DNA from: a virus
Taxonomy: Duplodnaviria; Caudoviricetes
Strand: one strand, 5' to 3'
Virus record (IMG/VR): IMGVR_UViG_3300021399_000099
Location: 1-64,000 of that record
Length of the DNA stretch: 64,000 nucleotides
Of this stretch, positions 39,915-49,787 are shown piece by piece; position 1 is the first letter of the stretch, and the number at the start of each line of letters is the position of its first letter. Position numbers and translations under genes: made by a program. Below the pieces are notes generated by a model that saw only the letters and a program-made list of their open reading frames with translations, ran no database searches and was not told the origin of the DNA.

Positions 39915-40079
39915 ATGGGATATGTAAAAGTTATGTGGCCCGAAAGCCAGGCACTTATGTCACTCACTGACGAAGAAATGGAAGAGTACGGAATTGAGTT
40001 TGGCGAGGATTGCTCCTATTTCGTGCCGGAAGAGGATTACGAAGAGATTTTCAATCTTGCCGAATCGAAATTTGACTGA
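39915..40079 (+). CDS. Small acidic protein, paralogue of the N-terminus of 39466
   Basis: Manual translation MGYVKVMWPESQ...CSYFVPEE. Confidence 0.75.
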   Translation: MGYVKVMWPESQALMSLTDEEMEEYGIEFGEDCSYFVPEEDYEEIFNLAESKFD

Positions 40080-40188
40080 ATGATGCTGGGCGGGGTATAT
40101 TAAAACACCACCGCCCTTCAAGCTAAACCCGCGTCAGTTTGGCACAAGATTTGCATATAGTATAGTGTAACCAAAAAACAACAAGATT

Positions 40189-40791
40189 ATGAACGAAATC
40201 ATCGCAAACGACCTCCACACCCTCCTCGCCCACAACATTGTTTATTTCACTTACCGCAAGGTCAATGGAGAAATCCGCCACGCAGTAGGGACACGCAACC
40301 TTACCCTTGCGGAGAACTACACTTCGCAGTTTATCGCCCGTCCCCTTGGTGCTGAACAACCGAACTCCTACTATGACGTGGAGAAAATGGGGTGGCGGTC
40401 TTACAAGCCGGAAAACCTCATCAGCATTGACCGCGTGAATGACTTTGACTATGCCACCTCAGAGCCTATTCAGCAGACCAAAAAGGGCGAACTCCCCAAA
40501 AGGGAAATCCCTATCAACAAACCTATGGGGAATGGTGGTGCTGACATTGACAAAATCCTCGGTAGCATCTTCGGTGGTTTCGGTATGCCTATGGGCGAAA
40601 TCCGCAAGTCAATGGAAGATTTGGACAAGGACATCGTAATCGGTGCTCCGGCTCATAGTCCAAAAGTCGGCACTCCCACCGCAACGGAAAAGGGGATTGA
40701 ACTCCCTCTCAACGGAATTTCCGTAGAGGACTTCGCCAAAATGGTGGCTCACTATGTGGTGGAGGAAATTGTTTCACGTATAAAGGGTTAA
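40189..40791 (+). CDS. WYL-like SH3 beta-barrel protein (DUF2693-like)
   Basis: VYFTYRKVNGEIRHAVGTRN...YYDVEKMGWRSYKPENLI; promoter at 40140. Confidence 0.75.
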   Translation: MNEIIANDLHTLLAHNIVYFTYRKVNGEIRHAVGTRNLTLAENYTSQFIARPLGAEQPNSYYDVEKMGWRSYKPENLISIDRVNDFDYATSEPIQQTKKGELPKREIPINKPMGNGGADIDKILGSIFGGFGMPMGEIRKSMEDLDKDIVIGAPAHSPKVGTPTATEKGIELPLNGISVEDFAKMVAHYVVEEIVSRIKG

Positions 40792-40795
40792 TACT

Positions 40796-40927
40796 ATGAC
40801 TGTTTTAGAGCAAAGGTTTATGGAGCAAGTCCCACGCCTTTTGAGGGACGTTGCAAACGAAGTGGCTGAACTCCGCAAGGAGATTGCCGACTTGAAGGAA
40901 CAACTGAAAACCGCTAAAAGCGAGTAA
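40796..40927 (+). CDS. Small coiled-coil protein (43 aa)
   Basis: Manual translation MTVLEQRFMEQVPRLLRDVANEVAELRKEIADLKEQLK. Confidence 0.65.
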   Translation: MTVLEQRFMEQVPRLLRDVANEVAELRKEIADLKEQLKTAKSE

Positions 40928-41044
40928 TCCAGCACCGGACGGGGGTATATTAAAATGCTCCCGTTCAATGCGTTAAGCCGACCTGGAGTTTGGCACGGCT
41001 TTTGCAATATAATACACTGAAACAACAAATAAAGACAATATCTT

Positions 41045-41257
41045 ATGAAAAAAGTATGGATTAGACTTGGCGGTGTGGTCACTACCGATGACAAAACAAT
41101 GGACGCTATCTTGTGTGGAGATACCAACGCACTCATTAAGGCCATCCACGAAAATGGCTTTGAGGTCAATGGAGAGAGTTATATCCCCGCTACTGACGAC
41201 ATTGAAAATGACGTAGAGTTTGACTTTGTTCCCACAACCTTGCTGATTGAAGAATAG
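41045..41257 (+). CDS. Hypothetical protein
   Basis: Promoter at 40991. Confidence 0.82.
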   Translation: MKKVWIRLGGVVTTDDKTMDAILCGDTNALIKAIHENGFEVNGESYIPATDDIENDVEFDFVPTTLLIEE

Positions 41258-41451
41258 TACAACCATAAAAATTAAAACTATGTTTGAAGCTGTTACGTTT
41301 GGGGATATTATCCTTGACCTTTGTGTTGTGGCATTTCTTTTCGCCATCGTTTCCTGCTGGGCATACATTTTTTCTCCGGAAAACAAGGATGATGAATAGT
41401 CCGGCATGCATTTTGCTTATAGTATAGTGTAACCAATAAAACGAAAAAGAT

Positions 41452-41757
41452 ATGAACTTCGCTGACAAACTCCGTAACGAACTGAACAACAAGAATGAGG
41501 AAATCATCGCACGCGACATTGAACCGCGTAAGGACAAAATTATGGAAGTCCTTGCAAGGGGCATCAAGCGACTTGGCTATGTGAAAACGGATACCCTCTG
41601 TAACACCGGAACTTGTGAGGGTAGCGAGCTGGGCGTCAATTCCGGCAACATTGAGGCCTTCGCTGATTTTCTCAAAAAAGAGGGGTTCCGCGTGCAGAAA
41701 GCTTGGTGGGGTTATTCCTCTGACGGAAGACCGGATATGCTGACCATAACCCTTTAA
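41452..41757 (+). CDS. Hypothetical protein
   Basis: Promoter at 41402. Confidence 0.85.
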   Translation: MNFADKLRNELNNKNEEIIARDIEPRKDKIMEVLARGIKRLGYVKTDTLCNTGTCEGSELGVNSGNIEAFADFLKKEGFRVQKAWWGYSSDGRPDMLTITL

Positions 41758-41810
41758 GGTTTGGCACACCTTTTGCAATATAAAGAGTATAACCCCAAAA
41801 AGCAAAAAAT

Positions 41811-42512
41811 ATGCAACCTACTATCTCACAAATGAAAACTTGGTTCAATGAGTTCAACGCAAAAGTGTTTGACGGAAAACTTCCCATTGTTCCAATCAAG
41901 TTCAACAATACCTATCGCCAACTTGGTCAGTTCTATTGGGGGGTGCGTGGTATTGGCATCAAAATCTCCCTTTTCTACGACCGCACCGAAGAGCAGTACC
42001 GCAACTGCCTGCTCCACGAAATGTGCCATCTCTATTGCTACAATCAAGGGTGGAGAAATGAGCACCACGGACATCGTTGGCAGGCAATAGCCGACAAGGC
42101 ATACCGCATTACCGGACTTTATATCCAACGCACCGAAGACGCAAAGGGCTGGAAACCCGCAAGCGGTAACGCCCAAAAGTACAAGGCGGTAAAGGAAAAA
42201 AGAACCGCCCCCGCTATCCTCGTGGATTTGGATTGTGGTAAATACCATTTCATCGTAAAGACCACGAAAAAGGTTATTTGGGATGCGTGTGACGGAAACG
42301 CAATCAAGGATAGCCGTGTTTGTGGTGTGTATATCAGCGACAACAAGAGGGTGCTTTCTTGGCAGAATAGCCGTTCTCTGCATCGCGGGTACAAGTTCGA
42401 CAAGTGGGAATATGAGCACGATATCGCTCCTATGCTGGAAAAGGCGATGAAAGTGGATAATCTTCGCAAACTCTGTTTTTGGGGTGAGTACGACTGCCTT
42501 GGGGTTCGGTAG
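41811..42512 (+). CDS. SprT-like zinc metalloprotease
   Basis: FNAKVFDGKLP...LLHEMCH...HHGHRWQ; promoter at 41762. Confidence 0.85.
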   Translation: MQPTISQMKTWFNEFNAKVFDGKLPIVPIKFNNTYRQLGQFYWGVRGIGIKISLFYDRTEEQYRNCLLHEMCHLYCYNQGWRNEHHGHRWQAIADKAYRITGLYIQRTEDAKGWKPASGNAQKYKAVKEKRTAPAILVDLDCGKYHFIVKTTKKVIWDACDGNAIKDSRVCGVYISDNKRVLSWQNSRSLHRGYKFDKWEYEHDIAPMLEKAMKVDNLRKLCFWGEYDCLGVR

Positions 42513-42642
42513 TTGTCATTGTGGGTCAGGAGTACGCCCTGACCCCTTTCGTTAAGCCCGGGAGCTCCAGCATTTTAATATACCCCGCAAGTTTGGCACG
42601 GAATATGCATATAGTATAGTGTAACCCCAAAATGACAAAGAT

Positions 42643-43077
42643 ATGACAAAGACCTACGAAGCCAACTGGCACAACCCGGAAACCGGAATCGACATCATCG
42701 TAGCCCGCGGAAGCAAGGACTATGTAACGAAGTGTGCCCAAATGAGCCAGTTCGTACCCTTTACAATCAGGGAGTACCAGACACCTGAAGATATCCGGAC
42801 TGACTACCGGGAATGGCGTAAGGAAAACCAGAACCGCAAGCCTAACCGGGTAATCGTAAAGATGCACTGGGAAGATGATGAGAATACCGAAAAGGGCTAC
42901 CAGATTGGCACTATCGGCATTATCCCCCAGAGCAAGATTGGCAACACCGAAAACATTCCCGGCGATGCCCTTATCCTCTACTATGTATCCAGTCTCGAGG
43001 AACTCATTGGACTGATGAAACCCGGCAACGGAAGTGATTTCATTGTCGATGAAGTGCTGGAGTTCTATAAAGCATAG
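42643..43077 (+). CDS. Hypothetical protein
   Basis: Promoter at 42594. Confidence 0.85.
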   Translation: MTKTYEANWHNPETGIDIIVARGSKDYVTKCAQMSQFVPFTIREYQTPEDIRTDYREWRKENQNRKPNRVIVKMHWEDDENTEKGYQIGTIGIIPQSKIGNTENIPGDALILYYVSSLEELIGLMKPGNGSDFIVDEVLEFYKA

Positions 43078-43151
43078 CATTGGTACGCACTTGAGTACCT
43101 TTTGGCACGGATATTGCTTATAGTATAGTATAACTAACAAAGGCAAGAAAT

Positions 43152-43511
43152 ATGAAAACTGCACAAGACATTATCAACATCGCAAGGGGAGCACTCATTA
43201 CCCATATCACTACACTTGTAAGGAAGATTGACGGATACCTTGAGTCCGGAAGCAAGCGGCTTATGACCGACCCCGGAGAGAGTGCGGTGCTGGACTTTGT
43301 GGAGTGTGCTTATGTCCCGACCATTACCGTTGAGGTGGATTATCCATGCCTTGAGGAGGTGCGTACCCTTGACTTTATTGCCACAAGCGGTGAGCACAAC
43401 TTCTATGTTGGTGCGGGCGAGAACACCGATATAAATGCTGATGACCTTTCCACGGACGAACTCGTTGTCATCGCCAAGTGCCTTGAAAAAACTTATGGCG
43501 GGATGGAGTAG
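43152..43511 (+). CDS. Hypothetical protein
   Basis: Promoter at 43103. Confidence 0.85.
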   Translation: MKTAQDIINIARGALITHITTLVRKIDGYLESGSKRLMTDPGESAVLDFVECAYVPTITVEVDYPCLEEVRTLDFIATSGEHNFYVGAGENTDINADDLSTDELVVIAKCLEKTYGGME

Positions 43512-43563
43512 TTTGGCATAGAACTTGCTTATAGTATAGTATAACCAATAAAAACCCAAGATT

Positions 43564-43896
43564 ATGACCGAGAATACCAAAATCGCTATGCAGGCAATCA
43601 ACAAGTGGTTCTACTATGCTATGAACTATCGTATGGTAGAGGTTGAGGTTGCCGACTTTGACGGAAACCACAAGGAGTATCTGCCGGACTTTTTCAACGC
43701 GTTCCCTATGCACCTGCGTAAGCACCTTGCCGGAAAGTGGAACTACGGCTACGAAACCTACGGCTCACGTGCTGCCCTTATGTGGTTCTATGGCGAACTC
43801 TCTTCCAACTATCGCAAAGACCTTATATTGTGGGTGTTGGAGAACTACAATGACGAGTTGAAACTTTCTTTCAAGGAGGAGGACTATTATGAGTAA
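43564..43896 (+). CDS. Hypothetical protein
   Basis: Promoter at 43514. Confidence 0.85.
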   Translation: MTENTKIAMQAINKWFYYAMNYRMVEVEVADFDGNHKEYLPDFFNAFPMHLRKHLAGKWNYGYETYGSRAALMWFYGELSSNYRKDLILWVLENYNDELKLSFKEEDYYE

Positions 43897-44008
43897 GTGC
43901 CTGGGGGTCAATGACTTCCGGGCTTGTTTAACTCCAGCCACAAGATTATTTTAATATACCCCCCGGAGTTTGGCACACGATTTGCAATATAAGAGTAAAA
44001 CAACGATT

Positions 44009-44272
44009 ATGGAAAAATGCATCACAAAAGGGTTATGGTATGCCTGCACGAAGGATTATGAAAAACTTGGTGCTAAATTCACCGCTGGGAAACTCTATAA
44101 GTGTAACGAGCACCGGGTATTGTGCGATGACCACAATGCGCCGAAAGTCTGTCTTGAAGGCCTCGGCATTTTCCGCAAGGCAACGAAGGAAGAAGTGAAA
44201 GAACATTGGGCGAAGGAACGGAGAAAGAAGAAAGAACTTTTATTGCGTTCCAAAGGCGTTTATTTAGTTTAA
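44009..44272 (+). CDS. Basic hypothetical protein
   Basis: Start trimmed to ATG 44009; promoter at 43971. Confidence 0.82.
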   Translation: MEKCITKGLWYACTKDYEKLGAKFTAGKLYKCNEHRVLCDDHNAPKVCLEGLGIFRKATKEEVKEHWAKERRKKKELLLRSKGVYLV

Positions 44273-44326
44273 ACTTTTTGGCACACCTTTTGCAATATCT
44301 ATACTGAAACCAAAAATGCACGAGTT

Positions 44327-44581
44327 ATGACAAAGAAAGAAATCATCAACAAGATTTTCCACCGCCTTTCCGCAAATGCCGGATATGAGGTCTATGTGCC
44401 CAGCTTGCAGAACAAACTCCGCAACGGAAGATGGGGTTTGCACGCCTATTGTATCACGATTGACGATGGCTTTATCGTGTGCCGTCCGTGGGCAGGTGCT
44501 GAAGAGAGTTGGCTCGCCCGGCTTGACCGACTGACAAAGTTCGAGCTCGAGTATATATTGGAAAAATGCCCGGAACTTTAA
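44327..44581 (+). CDS. Hypothetical protein
   Basis: Promoter at 44279. Confidence 0.85.
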   Translation: MTKKEIINKIFHRLSANAGYEVYVPSLQNKLRNGRWGLHAYCITIDDGFIVCRPWAGAEESWLARLDRLTKFELEYILEKCPEL

Positions 44582-44634
44582 GTTTGGCATAGAACTTGCT
44601 TATAGTATAGTATAACCAATAAAAACAAAAGGAT

Positions 44635-45042
44635 ATGAACACCTCCAATGATTTCCGCAAGACCCTCAGCATTGTCCGCCACGAGATTTTCGATTCCATC
44701 CGTTCCATTATGGAAAAACTGGGCGGCAAGGTATGTTTCCGTATTTACCACGAAAACGACATCATTGACTTTCGCTATACCTTTTTTGAGGTAGATGGCG
44801 ATGGCTACGGACGCGAGCTGTTCCTTGATACAGCAGTGCAGACCCCCGATGGCGACATCACCATTATGCTCCACGATACGGAGGATTCCTATGAACCTAT
44901 GTGGGAATTGGCGGATATGACCACGACCGATGCCCTCTATATGCTGGAAGAGCTGGAGCAAATTGCAGAGTTTCACGCACAATACCCCGACAAGCCAGTT
45001 CTTACCGAGTACAAAGCAGATTTTGATTGGGAGAACTATTAG
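44635..45042 (+). CDS. Acidic hypothetical protein
   Basis: Promoter at 44585. Confidence 0.85.
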   Translation: MNTSNDFRKTLSIVRHEIFDSIRSIMEKLGGKVCFRIYHENDIIDFRYTFFEVDGDGYGRELFLDTAVQTPDGDITIMLHDTEDSYEPMWELADMTTTDALYMLEELEQIAEFHAQYPDKPVLTEYKADFDWENY

Positions 45043-45085
45043 TCCGGCACGGGTTTTGCAATATAACAAGTAAAACGATAGCACT

Positions 45086-45538
45086 ATGGAATACAAAGTT
45101 GAATGTGACCTTGACCAATTTAATGCTTGGTCCGGCGGAAAAGACACCCTTGACGTCCTTAAAGAAAAGGGTGTATGCGATGAGGTTCAGTTCTTTATTG
45201 AGGAACTATTCTGCGACGAAATCCCCACGGAAACCGCTATCAACGATTTCCTTTGGTTTGAGCGCGATGCTATTGCCCAGCACCTTGGATACGATGATTG
45301 GGACGAGTTTGAGCACGGGGACGAGAACGAGGAGGAAACCTATAAGGACATCAACGGGGTGGAACTTGCCGTCAGCGATGAGGTTAAATGGCACGATGAA
45401 GCCGGATATGACGAGGACGGCTCTATGATTACCTTTACTATTGTGGAGGAAAGAGGGGACGGCTACTTCAATCTTGCCACCGAGGACGAGGACAATCCTG
45501 AAAGGTGGGCATACTACACTGAACTTGAAATTGTATAA
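45086..45538 (+). CDS. Highly acidic conserved phage protein
   Basis: FNAWSGGKDTL...ETAINDFLWFE; promoter at 45045. Confidence 0.85.
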   Translation: MEYKVECDLDQFNAWSGGKDTLDVLKEKGVCDEVQFFIEELFCDEIPTETAINDFLWFERDAIAQHLGYDDWDEFEHGDENEEETYKDINGVELAVSDEVKWHDEAGYDEDGSMITFTIVEERGDGYFNLATEDEDNPERWAYYTELEIV

Positions 45539-45541
45539 GAT

Positions 45542-45769
45542 ATGAACACACACAACGATTGGGAGAACTTGCTCCGCATCTCCAACGAGAACTTGGAAAA
45601 GACCGGATATTCCTTGCTTATTACCGAGGATGAGGACGGCTACTATACCTGCGAGATTCGTAAAGACGGCGAACTTGTGGAAACCTACGCCGAGAACTTC
45701 TATGAGAACGAACTGAGCGACCTTATCATAGAAGCCCACCACCACGTTCTCACCACTTTGGCACGATAG
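45542..45769 (+). CDS. Acidic hypothetical protein
   Basis: Its TAG stop lies inside promoter 45759. Confidence 0.82.
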   Translation: MNTHNDWENLLRISNENLEKTGYSLLITEDEDGYYTCEIRKDGELVETYAENFYENELSDLIIEAHHHVLTTLAR

Positions 45770-45808
45770 TTGCTTATAGTATAGTGTAACCCTAAAAAAG
45801 AAAGAAAT

Positions 45809-46018
45809 ATGAAAGCAGGTTTTGTAAGAGAGATTTACCTCCGTTCCACCCCCTCCATTGACCTTGACCTTGTCACAGAGCAGGTTGATTGCTGCCAGCA
45901 CACTATCCCTATGAGTGTCTATGACGAACTCGTTGCCGAATACTGCGAGAGTGACGATGACAAAATGTCCGCGAATATGTTTATGCTGGTGTCCGGACCT
46001 CAACTCGTCCAGGGCTAA
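45809..46018 (+). CDS. Hypothetical protein
   Basis: Promoter at 45759. Confidence 0.8.
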   Translation: MKAGFVREIYLRSTPSIDLDLVTEQVDCCQHTIPMSVYDELVAEYCESDDDKMSANMFMLVSGPQLVQG

Positions 46019-46152
46019 AAGCAAGACAAACACCTGGTAGCCAATGAGTTACCAGGTTTCGCTAAGTCCGGACCTGGAGCTATTTTAATATACCCCCGAA
46101 GTTTGGCACACATATTGCATATACTATAGCGTAACCCTAAAAAATTGTTATT

Positions 46153-46839
46153 ATGAAAATGAATATTGAACTCCCCTTCTTCCCCGGTTTTTATGAAACA
46201 AGCCTCGAGAACAGCGACACCACTTACTGCGCTATCAAGGAAGAACTGGACTATTACCGGAAGGACTGCGACACCCCCTGCAAGGAACTCACTGAAGACG
46301 ACCTTGACTTCGATTCTGAGAATTACGAGAAGGACGTGCGTGAAAACTGGGCTGCAGCTTGGAAAGACCACGCCCCGGAAATCGTGCTCTCTCTCGAGAA
46401 TGTTACTATGTGGTCGCCCCGTTACTACAACTTTGACCATGACCGCCTTTATGCAGATATTGAACTTGCCGATAACTGGCAGGACGAAATGCGTCACTTT
46501 ATGGCTTTGAACTATGACTGGCTCAAAGACCGCATCCACGAGGACTGGACTTCCTATGACGGATTTATGTCCTTTATGAGCAACGACATTGACGAGTGGG
46601 GGGATTACCTCTTTGAAAAACTGGACTGCCGTTATATCTCCACGATGCTCGGCTATATGATGCGTGTTGAGAACAAGGACATTTTTGACGACCTTATTAT
46701 GGCTGCCCTTGACGACATTTATGAAGGTATGTATGTGGTTCTTACCGAAGAAGGAGAAGAGAAGGTGAAGAAGGGCATTGAAGATGGCTCAATCAAGGTT
46801 TATGACCCTGACCAGCTCACCATTAACTTCCCGGAATAA
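46153..46839 (+). CDS. Acidic conserved phage protein
   Basis: LPFFPGFYET...SPRYYNFDHDRL...TSYDGFMSF; promoter at 46104. Confidence 0.88.
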   Translation: MKMNIELPFFPGFYETSLENSDTTYCAIKEELDYYRKDCDTPCKELTEDDLDFDSENYEKDVRENWAAAWKDHAPEIVLSLENVTMWSPRYYNFDHDRLYADIELADNWQDEMRHFMALNYDWLKDRIHEDWTSYDGFMSFMSNDIDEWGDYLFEKLDCRYISTMLGYMMRVENKDIFDDLIMAALDDIYEGMYVVLTEEGEEKVKKGIEDGSIKVYDPDQLTINFPE

Positions 46840-46936
46840 GCTGCAGGGCGGGGGTATATTAAAGTGACTCCCGCCCTTGAGTTAAGCCGCTGGGACTTTG
46901 GCACGCTTATTGCAATAATAAAGAAAAAACAAGATT

Positions 46937-47293
46937 ATGAAAGAGATTTACCTTAACGGAAAAGACGCCTGCATTGACGCTGATTTCTTTGTAGGACTTG
47001 GTGCCGACCGGGACACCATCGTTGTTTCACCGGAGCGTATCAAAAATCTGCACTACATCAAGTTCCAGCTGGATGGTTGTGGCTATACTGCACATTGGTC
47101 TGATTTCAACAACCGCCTGACCATCAAGTGCAACGACCTGGAGCTCAAGGACGGGGAAGTCGCGGACAATCGTCTTTATGCGTTAAGCAAGAAAATCACC
47201 CCGGATATGTTCGGTGACCTGGTTGTGAGGAAAATCGTTGCCTGGCCTGAAGGTGATATGCCGGAACTTATGATAATCCTTTACGAGAAATAA
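46937..47293 (+). CDS. Hypothetical protein
   Basis: Promoter at 46899. Confidence 0.85.
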   Translation: MKEIYLNGKDACIDADFFVGLGADRDTIVVSPERIKNLHYIKFQLDGCGYTAHWSDFNNRLTIKCNDLELKDGEVADNRLYALSKKITPDMFGDLVVRKIVAWPEGDMPELMIILYEK

Positions 47294-47358
47294 ACTTTGG
47301 CATACCATTTGCAATATAACAAGTACAACACAAGTTCAACCTTTAAATCCAATTAGTT

Positions 47359-47640
47359 ATGATGAATTTCGACCAAGTAAATGACAAGATTACAAAGAAT
47401 GGTTTCCGGAGGCACGCAGGAACGCGGACGAACTATATCGAGGAAACCAACACCACCCAGAAAGTGTATGACTATGAGCACCGGAAGAAGTTGGATATGT
47501 TTTCCGTATATACCAATGAGTTCGGTTCGGTTGAATACATCGAATATACGAAGGTGGATTTCAACCCGGAAACACGCAAGTACGCCCAAAAAGTAACCAT
47601 CATCAACAATCTTGCCGACCTCAACAAGATTTTGGGTTAG
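47359..47640 (+). CDS. Hypothetical protein
   Basis: Promoter at 47298. Confidence 0.85.
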   Translation: MMNFDQVNDKITKNGFRRHAGTRTNYIEETNTTQKVYDYEHRKKLDMFSVYTNEFGSVEYIEYTKVDFNPETRKYAQKVTIINNLADLNKILG

Positions 47641-47691
47641 TTTGGCACGCGATTTGCAATATAGTAAGTATAACCAAAAAACAACAAGAAT

Positions 47692-48489
47692 ATGAGCCAT
47701 TTTATTGGATTGGTCTTTCTGCGACCTGATGCAGACCTTGAAGAAACCCTCGCCCCCTTCAACGAACAGGATGAACTCTACATGCAGTTCGTTGATAAGA
47801 CGGACGAGGTAAAGGAGCAGTGGGACAAGACACCGGAAACCTGCCCCAGCGAAGGCACTTTCATCGAGGAGATTGACCGCACCGACCTTATCAACGAGAT
47901 TTGGGACGAAGCGGCTGATACCCTTCCTCCGGAAAAAAAGGACGGCTTTTGGACACCTTACACGAAGGACAAGTATCCCACGCCTACCGACATAGCAAAG
48001 GACAAGGAATATGAGGTAGTGCCGGACGATACCAAGAGGGACGGGGTTCGTTTCGTTCAAAAGGCGGAACGCGAGTGGAAGTATGAGCCGAGCAAGGAAA
48101 AGTTCCCCACGATTGACAAACTTGCAAAGGAGTATTTCGGCTACCGCAAGGTCAATGGTCGCTACGGCTATATGAGCAATCCCAATGCCAAATACGATTG
48201 GTACAGCGAGGGCGGCAGGTGGAGTGGCTATCTTACCAACAAGGAGGGAAAGACCACTGACGTTGAACTGCTGACCGAGGTGGATTGGGACAAGACTGAC
48301 ACGCCTTTCTGCTTTGTCAATGCCAATGGCGAGTGGATTGAGAGGGGCGAAATGGGCTGGTGGGCTATGGTGTCCAATGAAAAGCCGCAAGCGAATTGGG
48401 ATGCCGAGTTCAAGGCGTATGTTCAGTCCCTGCTTGCTGAGCCGGATGCCAACGAGATTGAGGTCTATGCGATTGACTATCATATCTAA
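47692..48489 (+). CDS. Conserved phage hypothetical protein
   Basis: MSHF...NPNAKYDWY.EGGRW...GEMGWW...DYHI; promoter at 47643. Confidence 0.88.
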   Translation: MSHFIGLVFLRPDADLEETLAPFNEQDELYMQFVDKTDEVKEQWDKTPETCPSEGTFIEEIDRTDLINEIWDEAADTLPPEKKDGFWTPYTKDKYPTPTDIAKDKEYEVVPDDTKRDGVRFVQKAEREWKYEPSKEKFPTIDKLAKEYFGYRKVNGRYGYMSNPNAKYDWYSEGGRWSGYLTNKEGKTTDVELLTEVDWDKTDTPFCFVNANGEWIERGEMGWWAMVSNEKPQANWDAEFKAYVQSLLAEPDANEIEVYAIDYHI

Positions 48490-48656
48490 CTCTTTCTAAC
48501 TGAATGACTTGGCTGGGCGGATTTAAAGTATCCGTTCAGCTGGGTTTTTAACGCCCGCCCTGGAGAAGTTTTAATATACCCCTACAAAAATATTTCAACA
48601 AAAACAAATCTGGCACGTGTTTTGCATAACTATGCCTGTAACCAATTAATTGCATT

Positions 48657-49196
48657 ATGGAAAGGATAGAAAAGGACTACGGCTATATGCTGAAAGACAA
48701 CTCCGGTGTGACCTATTATCACGGGGGTTGCACCGATAATGGGGTAGTGTATAAGGATTACGAGGCGTTCAAAACCGGGAACGGCATATGCTATATCAGT
48801 GAGTATGAGCTCGAGGACTTGGAGGATAAACTCGAAGAACTTGGTCGGCGTAAGAAGTGGCTGACCGCCGAAGATTATCTTGCAGAGCGTAAAAAGATTC
48901 TCGAGGAGTGCGGGGAAACGAGACAGAGCATCATTGACCAAGTCCGTGATGCTTTCGGTGACGATTACCTTTTGACTGACGAACAGGTCGAGTATTTCGC
49001 CGAAGACGTCTTTGAGTTGGCGGACTGGGCGTGTATTTCAACATATCTCGCCGAAAACTTTAACCTCGACGACCTTATCGAGTTTGACCACAACAAGGGT
49101 ACCGGTATGTTCAGTGATTTCCAGTACGAGGCGGTTATGAACGCTATGTACCCGAAGGATTATGTCGGGGAATATCTCGAGCGGACGGAAAAATAG
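48657..49196 (+). CDS. Acidic hypothetical protein
   Basis: Promoter at 48611. Confidence 0.85.
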   Translation: MERIEKDYGYMLKDNSGVTYYHGGCTDNGVVYKDYEAFKTGNGICYISEYELEDLEDKLEELGRRKKWLTAEDYLAERKKILEECGETRQSIIDQVRDAFGDDYLLTDEQVEYFAEDVFELADWACISTYLAENFNLDDLIEFDHNKGTGMFSDFQYEAVMNAMYPKDYVGEYLERTEK

Positions 49197-49268
49197 CCAT
49201 ATATGGTACGCACTTGAGTACCTTTTTGGCACGATAGTTGTATATAGTAAGCAAAAACCAATAAAGAT

Positions 49269-49775
49269 ATGAAAAAGACAGACTACAAGCACGGAAAGTT
49301 CACTATCTACACAACCGAGGTTAACCCCGAAGATTTTACCCGGAGTGAGTATGAAACGTGGTGCAAGGACAACGGAATTGAGCCGGGGGATGAGTACGAC
49401 TTCTATGACTATTGCGCAATGGAAACGCAGGCCTATTCTGAATCAGACATGGAGAACATTGAAGATTGCAAGGCGTACAATGTGCCGGTGGTGGTCATGG
49501 GTACGCTGGGTCTGTGGTGGGGGCATCCGGAGATTAGACCGGAGCGTTTCGAGAGTGTTGCCGACGCCATCCATCGGTGCATAGACGGGGGCGATTACAA
49601 CGAGATACACGCGGAGTTCAACGATGGGGTTATAACCGTGGATTGCTATCATCACGATGGGTGCAACTCCTTCACTATCAAGGCATTGTCCAAGAAGGGC
49701 ATCGCCAAGCAGTACGCTGAATACAAGGACTTCGACTTCAAGCGACTGCCTTATCTTTACGCTATCGGCATCTAA
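49269..49775 (+). CDS. Hypothetical protein
   Basis: GTLGLWWG...HHDGCN; promoter at 49227. Confidence 0.85.
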   Translation: MKKTDYKHGKFTIYTTEVNPEDFTRSEYETWCKDNGIEPGDEYDFYDYCAMETQAYSESDMENIEDCKAYNVPVVVMGTLGLWWGHPEIRPERFESVADAIHRCIDGGDYNEIHAEFNDGVITVDCYHHDGCNSFTIKALSKKGIAKQYAEYKDFDFKRLPYLYAIGI

Positions 49776-49787
49776 AACAGGAAAAAT

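Larger units (their letters stand above)
27073..48582. promoter_or_regulatory. Nineteen copies of the bipartite element GGGGTATATTAA-N19-TTAA in either orientation
   Basis: Forward: 27073, 30579, 31499, 33476, 34313, 35059, 37210, 40092, 40941, 46850. Reverse: 28487, 29985, 32401, 36368, 38219, 42552, 43928, 46062, 48548. The spacer is 19 nt in all copies. Confidence 0.85.

Noticed and set aside
31559-44008. Shared N-terminus MAQDLQY/MAHDLQY in track ORFs 31559, 38261 and 43970
   Set aside because: An artefact of TTG starts read through the sigma54 box; the real ATGs lie downstream.
45206-48483. Long minus-strand ORFs such as 45206-46033 and 47353-48483
   Set aside because: They are antisense shadows of promoter-bearing plus-strand genes and span cassette boundaries.
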